A DNA stretch of 32,000 nucleotides from Dickeya dadantii NCPPB 898 (GTDB taxonomy: Bacteria > Pseudomonadota > Gammaproteobacteria > Enterobacterales > Enterobacteriaceae): NCBI RefSeq assembly GCF_000406145.1, contig NZ_CM001976.1, positions 2,293,543 to 2,325,542 on the forward strand, in the 5' to 3' direction. Every line of letters begins with the position of its first letter. The first letter of the stretch is position 1. Of this stretch, positions 19,965 through 29,783 are shown one piece after another. Under the pieces are notes generated by a model, which saw only the letters and a program-made list of their open reading frames with translations, searched no databases and was not told the DNA's origin. The position numbers and the translations under genes are program-made.

Positions 19965-20597
19965 ATGAAGAAGGTTTCTTTATTGATGATGGCAGCCGCA
20001 TTGATGCCGGCACTGGCACAGGCTCATCAGGCTGGCGATGTGATTGTTCGTACTGGAACGGCGACGGTGCGTCCGGTTGAAAGCTCTGACAATGTGTTGG
20101 GGCTGGGTTCATTCAACGTAGATAACAATACCCAACTGGGACTGACCCTTGGTTACATGGTGACGGATAATATCGGCGTAGAGCTGCTGGCGGCAACGCC
20201 GTTCCAGCACAAGGTCGGCGTAGGTAATGTTGGGCCGATCGCCGAAGTCAAACACCTGCCGCCGACGCTGATGGCGCAGTATTATTTTGGGCAGAGCACG
20301 GACAAGCTGCGTCCTTATCTGGGCGTTGGTCTGAACTACACCATGTTCTTTGACGAGAAATTTAATCAGACAGGTAAAGATGCCGGGTTGAGCGACCTGA
20401 GCTTGAAAAATTCCTGGGGCGTTGCCGCGCAAGCTGGTCTGGATTACAACCTGAATAAAAATTGGCTGTTGAATATGTCGGTGTGGTGGATGGATATCGA
20501 CACTACCGTGAAATTCAAGGCTGCCGGCCAGGATCAGAGTATCAAAACCCGGCTGGATCCCTGGGTATTTATGTTTGGCTTCGGTTACAAATTCTGA
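19965..20597 (+). CDS. ompW: outer membrane protein W
   Basis: ORF 19953..20597. ATG 19965 lies 6 nt after GGAG. The signal peptide is MKKVSLLMMAAALMPALAQA/HQAGD. NNTQLGLTLGYMVTDNIGVELLAATPF...DPWVFMFGFGYKF is collinear with E. coli OmpW. Confidence 0.94.
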   Translation: MKKVSLLMMAAALMPALAQAHQAGDVIVRTGTATVRPVESSDNVLGLGSFNVDNNTQLGLTLGYMVTDNIGVELLAATPFQHKVGVGNVGPIAEVKHLPPTLMAQYYFGQSTDKLRPYLGVGLNYTMFFDEKFNQTGKDAGLSDLSLKNSWGVAAQAGLDYNLNKNWLLNMSVWWMDIDTTVKFKAAGQDQSIKTRLDPWVFMFGFGYKF

Positions 20598-20610
20598 TAA
20601 ACGAAGTAAA

Positions 20611-20650
20611 AAACAAAAAGAGAAGGCGGAACCGAAGTTCCGCCTTTTTT
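20611..20650. terminator. bidirectional terminator between convergent ompW and the porin gene
   Basis: GGCGGAAC-CGAA-GTTCCGCC followed by TTTTTT on the + strand and preceded by an A-rich run, which gives a T-run on the - strand. Confidence 0.85.
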
Positions 20651-20676
20651 ACGTCTGGTGATACACGGAACGGGTA

Positions 20677-21402
20677 TCAGAAGTTGTACTGGACACCGAC
20701 ACGGTAACGGGTCTGGCGTTCATCAGTCGTTTTGGATGGGCCTTCAACATTGGCAACCTGAATATACGGAGTCCAGTTTTTGTCAATCTTGTAAGCCAGC
20801 TTCACATCATGAGTAAGGTTGTCGTTATCATTGTCATAAATCAAACCAGTTGAACCTGCTTTGGTATTTTTGTTGTATTCCAGTTCGTATTCAACAGTGA
20901 AGTTGTCCAGGAACTTATAGCCCAGTACGCTGGTGATAGTATAGCCTTTCATCGTGGTATCAGCGCCTGATGTGAGGATTTTATCATCCATACGCTGGTA
21001 GAACGGACGGTAACGCAGGGTGTAGTAAATATTGTCGGTAAAGTTTACGCCACCTTTGATATAAGGACGGTATTTATTACCGGTGTTATCGGAAACCAGG
21101 TTGAAACCGGCTTCTGCATTAAACATTTTATTAAATTTATACAGATAGCTGGCAGTGACTTCAGTACCGTTACTGACTTGTTCGTTATAAGGCTTGTTTG
21201 GCGTATTGTCATTACTGGATTGCTTCCACTTCACTTCAGAAGACAGACCGAACCCATTCTCAAAACGGTGCGAAATTAGCAGACGATCCTGATGATTTGC
21301 ATTTTGCGTATCTTTCATCTCATGGCGATAGTCGAATGTGACCGCCATCGAACTCATACTTACAACGGACGCTACCATCATCGTCAGAATTTTAAATTTC
21401 AT
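20677..21402 (-). CDS. KdgM-family oligogalacturonate-specific outer-membrane porin (KdgM/KdgN-like)
   Basis: ORF 20677..21417 trimmed to ATG 21402, with GAGGGTGA upstream. It is 241 aa, with signal peptide MKFKILTMMVASVVSMSSMA/VTFDYRHEMKD and alternating beta-strand pattern. The terminal ...YRVGVQYNF is typical of OMPs. The N-terminal mature motif resembles Dickeya KdgM as I remember it. Confidence 0.85.
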   Translation of the reverse strand: MKFKILTMMVASVVSMSSMAVTFDYRHEMKDTQNANHQDRLLISHRFENGFGLSSEVKWKQSSNDNTPNKPYNEQVSNGTEVTASYLYKFNKMFNAEAGFNLVSDNTGNKYRPYIKGGVNFTDNIYYTLRYRPFYQRMDDKILTSGADTTMKGYTITSVLGYKFLDNFTVEYELEYNKNTKAGSTGLIYDNDNDNLTHDVKLAYKIDKNWTPYIQVANVEGPSKTTDERQTRYRVGVQYNF

Positions 21403-21523
21403 TGTTATCACCCTCATCAGAGATAATTATTTTTGAAGTTTTTGCAATGGTGTCTGATTCGACACAAGTTCAATTCTATTTATTATTATTTACAAATGTG
21501 TGAGCGAGATCGGTAAAACAAGA

Positions 21524-21544
21524 AAATGAAAAGCTATTTCATTT
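21524..21544. promoter_or_regulatory. KdgR-type operator
   Basis: AAATGAAA-AGCTA-TTTCATTT has perfect 8-bp inverted arms. The ATGAAA-N5-TTTCAT core is the KdgR box motif known from pectinolysis genes. It lies about 120 nt upstream of the porin start codon. Confidence 0.6.
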
Positions 21545-21811
21545 GTGTGATGTTCGTCTATTTACAGAGTGAAAATTTATTGCTTTGGTAGAAAAGCGAA
21601 AATTAGACGTTTTATTAATATTTAAAAATAAATTGAATTGATTTTTTACATATTAAAACATAATCTAAATCATGTGGATTATTTGTATGCTAATATATTT
21701 TATAAATTAAAATTTATTGTATTCTTAAAGTATTCATGGTTGTTAGTTTCTTTATTATTTTGTGACAAAAATGATCTGTGTTGTGTGGGGCGCCATTCGC
21801 CATATGCCAAT

Positions 21812-21847
21812 AAAAAGCGCCATAACCTCTTCGATAGGTTATGGCGC
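21812..21847 (-). terminator. trp operon terminator
   Basis: On the minus strand, GCGCCATAACC-N8/9-GGTTATGGCGC is followed by TTTTTA, 30 nt after the trpA stop. Confidence 0.8.
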
Positions 21848-21876
21848 TTGATGTTGTAATATTTTGTGCGGAAAGA

Positions 21877-22686
21877 TTAACGAGCGCGGGTGGCGGCTTT
21901 CATACCGCGGACAAAATCGGTCAGTTTTGCGAGCATTTCATCCGGCTGGGCATGGTATTGCTCGATGATTTTGACAATCGCTGAGCCGGAGATGGCGCCG
22001 GCCGCGCCGGATTCCAGCGCTTTTTGCACCTGCGACGGCTCGGAAATGCCGAAACCAAGCAGCGGCGGGGCCGCGTGGTATTCCTGCAATTTTTCCAGCA
22101 GATGGTGCAACGGCAGTTGGGCGCGGGTTTCAGCGCCGGTTACGCCTGCTCGGGAGAGCAGGTAGGTATAACCACGGCCAAAGGATGAAATTTCACGCAG
22201 TAGGTCGTCGTCCGCATTCGGCGGGCAGATAAAGATGGGCGCGACGCCATGCTTCATCGCCGCAGCGCGAAACGGCGCCGATTCTTCCACCGGTACGTCG
22301 GCTACCAGCACTGAATCAACGCCGGTTTCGGCGCAACGCTGGTAAAAGGCGTCGATACCGTTGCTAAACACCAGATTGGCGTACATTAACAAGCCGATAG
22401 GCAGGTCAGGGTATTTCTGGCGGATGGTCGCCAGCATTTCAAAACAGTGGGCCGGAGTGACGCCGGCGGCGAAAGCGCGCAGCGCGGCGTTCTGAATGGT
22501 CGGGCCATCCGCCAGCGGATCGGAGAACGGAATCCCCAGTTCCAGCGCGTCGGCACCCGCGGCCACCAGCGCGTCGATAATGCGCAGCGAAAGCTCGGGG
22601 GATGGGTCGCCCAGCGTGACAAACGGCACAAACGCCCCTTCCTGTTTCTCCGACAGCCGTTTAAACAAAGCGTGGTAGCGTTCCAT
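21877..22686 (-). CDS. trpA: tryptophan synthase alpha chain
   Basis: ORF track starts at TTG 22689. ATG 22686 gives [28 protein letters not shown]..., collinear with E. coli TrpA. The ATG overlaps the trpB TGA (TGATG), as in E. coli. Confidence 0.96.
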   Translation of the reverse strand: MERYHALFKRLSEKQEGAFVPFVTLGDPSPELSLRIIDALVAAGADALELGIPFSDPLADGPTIQNAALRAFAAGVTPAHCFEMLATIRQKYPDLPIGLLMYANLVFSNGIDAFYQRCAETGVDSVLVADVPVEESAPFRAAAMKHGVAPIFICPPNADDDLLREISSFGRGYTYLLSRAGVTGAETRAQLPLHHLLEKLQEYHAAPPLLGFGISEPSQVQKALESGAAGAISGSAIVKIIEQYHAQPDEMLAKLTDFVRGMKAATRAR

Positions 22687-23876
22687 CAAATCTCTCCCCG
22701 GGATTTCAGAATGTCGTGAACCGTAAAAATGTCTTTATCGCCACGGCCGGACAGGTTGACCACCAGAATTTGCTCTTTTTCCGGTTCCGCTTTGATCATT
22801 TTCAGCGCATGGGCCAGTGCATGGGAGGATTCCAGCGCCGGGATGATCCCTTCGTGACGCGACAATTCCCGGAATGCGGTCAACGCTTCATCGTCGGTGA
22901 TCGACACATAATCCGCCCGCCCGATGCTGCTCAGGTGCGCGTGCTGCGGCCCGACGGAGGGGAAGTCCAGACCGGCCGAAATGGAGTACGACTCTTCGAT
23001 CTGGCCGTCTTCGGTCTGCATCATCGGTGATTTCATACCGAAGTAGATACCGACGCGACCGTGTTTTAGCGGTGCGCCGTGCTGCCCGGTTTCGATACCC
23101 AATCCTGCCGGTTCCACACCGATCAACCGCACCGACGGCTCGTCGATGAAATCAGCAAACATGCCGATGGCGTTGGAGCCGCCGCCGACGCAGGCCAGTA
23201 CCGCATCCGGCAGACGACCTTCTCTTTCTGTCACCTGGGCTTTAGTTTCCTCGCCGATCATGCGCTGAAATTCCCGCACGATGGTGGGGTAAGGGTGTGG
23301 ACCAGCAGCGGTGCCCAGCAGGTAATGGGCGGTTTCATAGCTGCCAGACCAGTCGCGCAGCGCCTCGTTGCAGGCGTCTTTCAGGGTGGCGGAACCGCTG
23401 TGTACCGGAATCACTTCCGCGCCCATCAACCGCATGCGGAACACGTTCGGCGACTGGCGTTCCACGTCTTTGGCGCCCATGTACACACGGCATTTCAGCC
23501 CCAGCAGGGCGCAGGCCAGCGCGGTGGCGACGCCATGTTGGCCGGCGCCGGTTTCGGCGATGATTTCGGTTTTACCCATGCGCCTGGCAAGCAGCGCCTG
23601 CCCGAGTACCTGGTTGGTCTTGTGCGCGCCGCCGTGCAACAGATCTTCGCGTTTCAGATAGAGTTTGGTGCGGGTGCCGGCGGTCAGGTTCTTACACAAA
23701 GTCAGCGCTGTCGGCCGTCCGGCGTAGTTTTTCAGCAGGTCGCTGAATTCGGCCTGAAACGCCGGGTCGCGCTGCGCGTTGACAAATGCCTCTTCCAACT
23801 GACGCAGGGCCGGCATCAGGATCTGTGGTACGTACTGACCACCAAATTCACCAAAATAAGGATTAAGTAACGTCAT
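22686..23876 (-). CDS. trpB: tryptophan synthase beta chain
   Basis: 396 aa. [24 protein letters not shown]...HGGAHKTNQ (PLP Lys)...GGGSNAIG is near-identical in layout to E. coli TrpB. Confidence 0.98.
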   Translation of the reverse strand: MTLLNPYFGEFGGQYVPQILMPALRQLEEAFVNAQRDPAFQAEFSDLLKNYAGRPTALTLCKNLTAGTRTKLYLKREDLLHGGAHKTNQVLGQALLARRMGKTEIIAETGAGQHGVATALACALLGLKCRVYMGAKDVERQSPNVFRMRLMGAEVIPVHSGSATLKDACNEALRDWSGSYETAHYLLGTAAGPHPYPTIVREFQRMIGEETKAQVTEREGRLPDAVLACVGGGSNAIGMFADFIDEPSVRLIGVEPAGLGIETGQHGAPLKHGRVGIYFGMKSPMMQTEDGQIEESYSISAGLDFPSVGPQHAHLSSIGRADYVSITDDEALTAFRELSRHEGIIPALESSHALAHALKMIKAEPEKEQILVVNLSGRGDKDIFTVHDILKSRGEI

Positions 23877-23893
23877 AATCAGCCTGTATCTTG

Positions 23894-25291
23894 TTATTCA
23901 TGAGAGGTACGGCGCGGTTGTGCCGTACGCAGCGTCCGGAATACCGCCGCGATTTTTTGCGGATCTTTGATGCCGGGTTGCGACTCCACGCCAGAGTTGA
24001 AATCCAGCCCGGCGACGCCGAGTGTCGCGGCCTGTGCCACGTTGCTCGGGCCGAGGCCGCCGGCCAGCAGCACCTGTTGCAGCGATTGACCCTGCAGCAA
24101 TGACCAGTCGAACGACTGACCACTGCCGCCTTTGCCGTTGTCGAGCAGCACCCGGTCAACCTGCGCCAGCGTTAATGGAGGCAGAGTGTCGCCGACGCTG
24201 TACGCTTTCCAGATCTGGCAGGTTGCGGGCAGTTGCTCACGCAAGGCGGCGATAGCAGCTTGGTCTTCGTGGCCGTGTAACTGAACCGCAGCCAGCTGGA
24301 GCGACGACGCGGTTGCCACGATGTCGGCCAGCGGCGCGTCACGGAATACGCCGACATAACGTAAGGGCGCACCCGCCATCACGGCACGTGCCTGTGACGT
24401 TGTCACGTAGCGCGGGGAGTTAGCGACGAAAATCAGCCCGCCGTACACCGCGCCGGCCTGAAAGGCTGCGGTGGCATCGTCGGGGCGGGTCAGCCCGCAC
24501 ACCTTGTTTTCGCCGAGGATGACCCGGCGTACTGCCAGCGTCAGATCGTGTTCTTCCATCAGCGAACTGCCGATCAGAAAGCCATTGGCGTACTGGCTCA
24601 GTTCCTGAATATGGGCGTGGCGGCTGATGCCGGATTCGCTGATCACCGTCACTCCAGCCGGCAGACGCGGCGCCAGCGTGCGGGTACGGTTCAGATCGAT
24701 AGAGAGATCGCGCAGGTCGCGGTTGTTGATGCCGACCACGCGCGCTTCTAGCGCGATAGCGCGTTCCAGTTCGGCTTCATTGCTGACTTCCGTCAGGATG
24801 CCCATATTCAGGCTGTGCGCTACCTGCGCCAGTTGGCGATACTGTGCATCATCCAGCACCGACAGCATTAGCAGAATCGCATCGGCCTGATAGTAACGGG
24901 CCAGATAGATCTGGTACGGGTCGATAATGAAGTCCTTGCACAGCACCGGCTGGGCCACCGCCGCGCTGACCTGCGTGAGGAAAGCAAAATCGCCCTGAAA
25001 ATACTTCTCGTCGGTCAGTACCGAAATGGCGGACGCGTAATCCTGATAAACCCGCGCAATGGCGACCGGGTCGAAATCGGCGCGAATCAACCCCTTGGAT
25101 GGCGAGGCCTTTTTGCACTCCAGGATAAACGCCGGACTGGCCTGTTTCAGCGACTGATAGAAGTGGCGCGAGCTGGGCGTTACCTGTGACTGAAAGCTGT
25201 CGAGCGGCTGTCGTTGCTGCCGTTCGGCGATCCACTGCGCTTTGTCGCGCACAATTTTGGTTAATACGGTTTCCTGCATTTTCTTCATCAT
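23894..25291 (-). CDS. trpC: bifunctional indole-3-glycerol-phosphate synthase / phosphoribosylanthranilate isomerase
   Basis: 465 aa. It contains [13 protein letters not shown] and the fused C-terminal PRAI half (KVCGLTR...LAGGL). The start at 25291 overlaps the trpD stop (ATGA). Internal ATGs 1 and 4 codons downstream are alternatives. Confidence 0.95.
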   Translation of the reverse strand: MMKKMQETVLTKIVRDKAQWIAERQQRQPLDSFQSQVTPSSRHFYQSLKQASPAFILECKKASPSKGLIRADFDPVAIARVYQDYASAISVLTDEKYFQGDFAFLTQVSAAVAQPVLCKDFIIDPYQIYLARYYQADAILLMLSVLDDAQYRQLAQVAHSLNMGILTEVSNEAELERAIALEARVVGINNRDLRDLSIDLNRTRTLAPRLPAGVTVISESGISRHAHIQELSQYANGFLIGSSLMEEHDLTLAVRRVILGENKVCGLTRPDDATAAFQAGAVYGGLIFVANSPRYVTTSQARAVMAGAPLRYVGVFRDAPLADIVATASSLQLAAVQLHGHEDQAAIAALREQLPATCQIWKAYSVGDTLPPLTLAQVDRVLLDNGKGGSGQSFDWSLLQGQSLQQVLLAGGLGPSNVAQAATLGVAGLDFNSGVESQPGIKDPQKIAAVFRTLRTAQPRRTSHE

Positions 25292-26286
25292 CCTCTGGCC
25301 GCCAGTTCCAGCACGCGCTGGTATGCCTGACCGCTGTGAATCACGTCCAGCGCCTGCCGGGCATTCTGCCGCAGATCTTCCTGTCCGAACAGTTTTAGCA
25401 ACAGCGCTACATTGGCGGCGACAGCCGCGTCGTGCGCCGGTTGCCCCTTGCCCTGAAGCAGCCGGGCCAGAATATCACGGTTTTCTTCCGGCGTGCCGCC
25501 CAGCAAATCATCCAGTGCATATGAATCCAGCCCGAAATCATGGGGCGTTAGCTGGTAGGTTTCCACCTCGCCGTCACGCAGTTCGGCGACCTGGGTCGGC
25601 GCATGGATGGCGACCTCATCCATGCCGCCGCCGTGCACCACGGCCGCGCGCTGGTATCCCAGCACTTTCAGGGTTTCGGCGATCGGCCGCACCAGTTCCG
25701 GCCGATAGACGCCGATCAGCGCCAGCGGTGGGCGAGCCGGGTTGATCAGCGGCCCCAGCACGTTGAACACGGTGCGGGTTTTCAACTGCTGACGTACCGG
25801 CATCGCGTGACGGAAACCGGTGTGGTATTGCGGCGCAAACAGAAAACACACCCCGAGATCGTCCAGCGCCTGACGCGATACCTCCGCCGGCATATCGAGC
25901 TTGATGCCGAACGCCGACAGCAGATCCGACGAACCGGAGCGGCTGGAGACGCTGCGGTTGCCGTGCTTGGCGACTTTCAGCCCGCAGGCGGCGGCCACAA
26001 ACGCGCTGGCGGTGGAGATGTTGATGCTGTTGGTGCCGTCGCCGCCGGTGCCGACGATATCCGCGAACAGGTAGTCCGGGCGCGGGAACGGCTTGGCGTC
26101 GGCCAGCAGCGCGGTGGCGGCCCCGGCAATCTCATCCGGATGCTCGCCGCGCACCTTCATGCTGATCAGCGCCGCGGCCAGTTGCGTCGGATCCAGTTCA
26201 CCCTGAATGATAGCGGCAAACAACTGCTGGCTTTCTGCCTGGCTCAGGATGTCGGCACGGTACAGTTTTTCAAGAATCGGTTGCAT
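25288..26286 (-). CDS. trpD: anthranilate phosphoribosyltransferase (stand-alone)
   Basis: ORF track starts at TTG 26304. ATG 26286 lies 9 nt after AAGGAG (26301-26296). The 332-aa product MQPILEKLY...GTGGDG... corresponds to the C-terminal half of the fused E. coli TrpGD. Confidence 0.94.
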   Translation of the reverse strand: MQPILEKLYRADILSQAESQQLFAAIIQGELDPTQLAAALISMKVRGEHPDEIAGAATALLADAKPFPRPDYLFADIVGTGGDGTNSINISTASAFVAAACGLKVAKHGNRSVSSRSGSSDLLSAFGIKLDMPAEVSRQALDDLGVCFLFAPQYHTGFRHAMPVRQQLKTRTVFNVLGPLINPARPPLALIGVYRPELVRPIAETLKVLGYQRAAVVHGGGMDEVAIHAPTQVAELRDGEVETYQLTPHDFGLDSYALDDLLGGTPEENRDILARLLQGKGQPAHDAAVAANVALLLKLFGQEDLRQNARQALDVIHSGQAYQRVLELAARG

Positions 26287-26305
26287 CAGTGGTATCTCCT
26301 TCAAA

Positions 26306-26884
26306 TCAGGCCAGAGCCCAGTCCAGCGTCTGGTTCAGCAGACGTGCGCCGTGAGTGGTGAGGATGGATTCCGGGTGAAACTGGAAACCGCAAACGCGAT
26401 GTTCGTCATGGCGTACCGCCATCACCATGCCGTTGAAACTGGCGTTAATCACCAGCCCGGCCGGGATGTCGCTGCCTACCAGCGAGTGGTAGCGCGCCAC
26501 CGGCAGCGGACTGGGCAGGCCGTTGAACATCGCCTGTCCGTCGTGTTCAATGCTGGAGGCTTTACCATGCAGAATTTCACCGGCCTGACCGACATGGCCG
26601 CCGTAGGCTTCGACGATGGCCTGATGGCCCAGACAGATGCCGATGATCGGCAACTGGCCGCGCAGACGTTGCAGCAGTGCCGGCATGCAACCGGCTTCAG
26701 ACGGCGTGCCGGGGCCGGGCGAGAGCATCAGCACCGGCTTTTCCAGATGCTGCAGACGGTCGATAATGACGTCGGCAGGCAGTTGGTTGCGGTACACCAC
26801 TACGTTGTGGCCGCTGGCGCGCAACTGGTCGACCAGGTTATAGGTAAAGGAGTCGATATTATCGAGCAGCAGGATATCGGCCAT
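26306..26884 (-). CDS. trpG: anthranilate synthase component II (glutamine amidotransferase, stand-alone)
   Basis: 192 aa. [22 protein letters not shown]...GICLGHQAI (catalytic Cys)...FQFHPES matches the N-terminal half of E. coli TrpGD. The ATG overlaps the trpE TGA (TGATG). Confidence 0.95.
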   Translation of the reverse strand: MADILLLDNIDSFTYNLVDQLRASGHNVVVYRNQLPADVIIDRLQHLEKPVLMLSPGPGTPSEAGCMPALLQRLRGQLPIIGICLGHQAIVEAYGGHVGQAGEILHGKASSIEHDGQAMFNGLPSPLPVARYHSLVGSDIPAGLVINASFNGMVMAVRHDEHRVCGFQFHPESILTTHGARLLNQTLDWALA

Positions 26885-28446
26885 CAGAACACCTCCCGGG
26901 CATGATGCGCACTGGCAATCGCGCGCAGAACCGCGCGGGCTTTGTTACGGGTTTCATCGGCTTCGGCCTGCGGGTGAGAGTCCAGCACCACGCCGGCGCC
27001 GGCCTGCACGGTGGCGATGCCGTCTTCCACATAAGCGGAACGGATCACGATGCAGGTGTCGAGGTCGCCGCGGGCGGTGAAGTAGCCTACCGCGCCGCCG
27101 TAGCTGCCGCGGCGGGTTTTCTCACTTTCCGCGATCAGTTGCATCGCGCGCACTTTGGGGGCGCCGCTCAGCGTGCCCATGTTCATGCAGGCGCGGTAGG
27201 CGTGCAGCACATCCAGATCCGCGCGCAGGGTGCCGACTACGCGGGACACCAGATGCATCACGAACGAGTAACGGTCTACTTTGGTCAGGTCCGCTACATA
27301 GCGGCTGCCGGGTTCGCAGATGCGCGCCAGATCGTTACGTGCCAGGTCCACCAACATCAGGTGTTCGGCCAGCTCTTTATGGTCGGTACGCATTTCCAGT
27401 TCGATACGGCTGTCCAGATCCCGGTCCAGCGAACCGTCGGCGCGACGGCCGCGCGGGCGAGTGCCGGCGATAGGGTAGATTTCGATCTGGCGGCTGACGG
27501 CGTCGTACTTGAGTGAACTTTCCGGCGACGCGCCGAACAGAGTGAAATCCTGATCCTGCATGTAGAACATGTAAGGACTGGGGTTGTTGTCTTTCAGGGT
27601 CTGATAGGCGGCTAGCGGCGATGGGCACGGCAGCGAGAAACGGCGGGACGGCACCACCTGGAAAATTTCGCCGATGCGGATCGCCTGCTGCATCTGGCTG
27701 ACCACGGCGCCGTAATCTTCATCGCTCTGGTTGCAGGCCAGCGTCATGGTGTCCACCGTCTGGCACGGCAACGCCGGGGCAGGCTGGCGCAACTGATGCT
27801 GCAACTGCTCCAGACGCTGTTGCAGGCGCTGGCGTTCCGCGGCGTTAGGGGTAAACAGGCTGGCCTGCAGATGGGTGACGCGTTGCTGATGGTCCACCAC
27901 CAGCAGGGTTTCGGCCAGGTAGAAACAGTAATCCGGACAGCGCTGCTGCTGACTGAGCGGCGGCAGACTTTCGAAGCCGGCGACCAGATCGTAGGCGAAC
28001 AGCCCGCCGAAGAACATCGCCTCACGCTCATGTTCCGGGCATGCCACCAGCGTCAGCAGTTGACGCAACGCGTCAAATACCGACAGGGAACGCAGACGTG
28101 CGTCTTCGTCCTGCATAATGTCGATGGTTGGAAAGGTCAGTTCGCGGCTGTTCGGGCGCGCATCGACGATGACATCGGCAGGCAAGGCGCTATCCAACAG
28201 CGGCAACAGCGCTGCGCCGTTAGCGGTTAATGCCTGAATCGACACCTGTGGGCCGAGGGCGGTAATGCGCAGGGCGCTGTCGACGATCAGCAGGCTCTGC
28301 AGGTTCTGTTTACTGTCGATCTCCGCCGACTCCAGCAGCAGGGTGGCCGGGCGGGCACCGCACAGTTGGTGGAACATCGCGCTGGGGTCGTTGCGGTATT
28401 CGGCACCGACGCGCAGTAGCTCAAGTTCAGGTTGTGGTGTTTGCAT
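26884..28446 (-). CDS. trpE: anthranilate synthase component I
   Basis: ORF 26884..28470 trimmed to ATG 28446. The 520-aa product, the same length as E. coli TrpE, begins [11 protein letters not shown]... and carries [10 protein letters not shown] and the chorismate-binding C-terminal domain. Confidence 0.96.
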   Translation of the reverse strand: MQTPQPELELLRVGAEYRNDPSAMFHQLCGARPATLLLESAEIDSKQNLQSLLIVDSALRITALGPQVSIQALTANGAALLPLLDSALPADVIVDARPNSRELTFPTIDIMQDEDARLRSLSVFDALRQLLTLVACPEHEREAMFFGGLFAYDLVAGFESLPPLSQQQRCPDYCFYLAETLLVVDHQQRVTHLQASLFTPNAAERQRLQQRLEQLQHQLRQPAPALPCQTVDTMTLACNQSDEDYGAVVSQMQQAIRIGEIFQVVPSRRFSLPCPSPLAAYQTLKDNNPSPYMFYMQDQDFTLFGASPESSLKYDAVSRQIEIYPIAGTRPRGRRADGSLDRDLDSRIELEMRTDHKELAEHLMLVDLARNDLARICEPGSRYVADLTKVDRYSFVMHLVSRVVGTLRADLDVLHAYRACMNMGTLSGAPKVRAMQLIAESEKTRRGSYGGAVGYFTARGDLDTCIVIRSAYVEDGIATVQAGAGVVLDSHPQAEADETRNKARAVLRAIASAHHAREVF

Positions 28447-28470
28447 GATGTCTACTCGTATTTTGTCCAT

Positions 28471-28494
28471 AAAAAAGCCCGCTATCAGCGGGCT
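28471..28494 (-). terminator. trp attenuator (3:4 terminator hairpin)
   Basis: On the minus strand, AGCCCGC-TGATA-GCGGGCT is followed by TTTTTT, ending 24 nt before the trpE ATG. This is the same architecture as the E. coli trp attenuator (CAGCCCGCCTAATGAGCGGGCTTTTTTTT). Confidence 0.85.
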
Positions 28495-28526
28495 TCAGGA
28501 TATGCATGTCAGAAAATGGCTATGCG

Positions 28527-28601
28527 TCATCTCTTCGCCCGTAACAGGGAGAAGCGCCACCAACCAGCATGATTTTTCAGGGTCAGGGTCGTTACCGTCA
28601 T
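28527..28601 (-). CDS. trpL: trp operon leader peptide with tandem Trp codons
   Basis: Hand translation gives ATG(28601) MTVTTLTLKNHAGWWRFSLLRAKR-TGA(28529..28527). The tandem TGG TGG lie at 28562..28557. GAGGA sits 8 nt upstream of this ATG. In-frame ATGs at 28607 and 28617 are alternative starts. The ORF lies between the trp promoter and the attenuator. Confidence 0.75.
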   Translation of the reverse strand: MTVTTLTLKNHAGWWRFSLLRAKR

Positions 28602-28636
28602 CGCCATTGTCCTCATTTATCTGTGTGCTTGAACTT

Positions 28637-28672
28637 GTGTACTAGTTAACTGGAACGTGGCGGGGAAGTCAA
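28637..28672 (-). promoter_or_regulatory. trp promoter (-35 TTGACT, -10 TTAACT) overlapping a TrpR operator
   Basis: Minus strand reads TTGACT(28672..28667)-17 nt-TTAACT(28649..28644). GTTCCAGTTAACTAGTACAC resembles the E. coli trp operator CGAACTAGTTAACTAGTACG. The right half AACTAGTAC is identical and the left half is degenerate. Confidence 0.8.
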
Positions 28673-28819
28673 TAACATTTCATACGATTTTTTCGGGGGC
28701 ATGTCCGGCTATGGATGTCCGGCCGGCAACCCGACTCGGACCAACCGATCTTTTTTCCTTTTTGACCAGGTTGGTGGCATCATGCCGCCTGAAATTTCCT
28801 GAACAGAGAGACTCCTGAC

Positions 28820-29692
28820 GTGCCTGACGAGTTGCCGGTATCACCGACGTTTCCCCTGTATGACCTGCACAGCCACACCACGGCTTCCGACGGTTTGCTG
28901 ACGCCAACCGAACTGGTGCAGCGCGCGGTAAGCATGCGCGTCAGCGTGTTGGCGATCACCGATCACGACACCACGGCGGCGCTGGATGAAGCGTATGCCG
29001 CTATTCAGCGGCAGGCGCTGCCGTTGCGGCTGATTTCCGGCGTCGAGATTTCCACCGTGTGGGAAAACCATGAGATTCATATCGTCGGGCTGGGGCTGGA
29101 TTGCCGGCATCCGGCGCTGACGTCATTACTGCAGCAGCAGGTGCAGTACCGCGAGCTGCGCGCCGGGCAGATTGCGCAGCGGCTGGAAAAGGCGCTGATT
29201 CCGGATGCGCTGGCGGGGGCGTCACGGCTGGCGGAAGGCGGCATGATCACCCGCGGGCATTTCGCGCGTTATCTGGTGGAGTTGGGGAAAGCCGCAACGG
29301 TGGCGCAAGTGTTTAAAAAGTATCTGGCCAAAGGGAAAACCGGTTATGTGCCGCCGCAGTGGTGTACAATACAGCAAGCCGTGGACGCTATCCGCCAGTC
29401 GGGCGGAGTCGCGGTGCTGGCGCATCCCGGTCGCTATGATTTGACCGCCAAGTGGCTGAAACGATTGATCGGACACTTTGCCGAGTGCGGTGGGGAAGCG
29501 ATGGAGATCGCCCAGTGCCAACAGGCGCCGGACGAGCGTTCACATTTGGCGCGTTATGCGCAGGATTACCATTTGCTGGGGTCGCAGGGTTCGGATTTTC
29601 ATCAGCCCTGCGCCTGGATAGAACTGGGGCGAAAACTGTGGCTGCCCGCCGGCGTTGAGCCGGTCTGGCAACATCCGGCGTTGGCCGGTTAA
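28820..29692 (+). CDS. trpH: PHP-domain phosphoesterase TrpH/YciV (RNase AM-like)
   Basis: 290 aa. YDLHSHTTASDG...LAITDHDT...HIVGL is collinear with E. coli YciV/TrpH. GTG 28820 is the only start upstream of the conserved HxH motif, and the SD is weak. Confidence 0.88.
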   Translation: MPDELPVSPTFPLYDLHSHTTASDGLLTPTELVQRAVSMRVSVLAITDHDTTAALDEAYAAIQRQALPLRLISGVEISTVWENHEIHIVGLGLDCRHPALTSLLQQQVQYRELRAGQIAQRLEKALIPDALAGASRLAEGGMITRGHFARYLVELGKAATVAQVFKKYLAKGKTGYVPPQWCTIQQAVDAIRQSGGVAVLAHPGRYDLTAKWLKRLIGHFAECGGEAMEIAQCQQAPDERSHLARYAQDYHLLGSQGSDFHQPCAWIELGRKLWLPAGVEPVWQHPALAG

Positions 29693-29783
29693 GCCTCGGT
29701 ACGTATCCGACAGCATTCGTTCAACCCGTTATGGCGGTGTCGCCTGGCGGGAAGGGACGCCTTCAGAAGGCAGAGGACGTAGC

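Noticed and set aside
21638-21859. 73-aa ORF in the AT-rich region between the porin gene and trpA.
   Set aside because: The frame is extremely AT-rich and Ile/Leu/Lys/Asn/Tyr-biased. It runs across the trp terminator hairpin, has no SD, and is most likely non-coding regulatory DNA.
23079-27516. Several 200-260-aa + strand ORFs (23079..23870, 25603..26361, 26207..26905, 26902..27516).
   Set aside because: All are antisense to trpB, trpD, trpG and trpE. They are Arg/Gly/Ala/His-rich shadow ORFs, and the trp genes fully explain the sequence.
28701-28723. Direct repeat ATGTCCGGC ... ATGTCCGGC with 14-bp period between the trp promoter and trpH.
   Set aside because: There are only two 9-bp copies, with no symmetry or known motif. 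This is too little to interpret and could be chance or part of the trpH promoter.
28680-28907. 75-aa - strand ORF overlapping the trpH start and the trp promoter flank.
   Set aside because: It is antisense to trpH and would start inside another gene. It has no motif or SD, so it is a shadow ORF.
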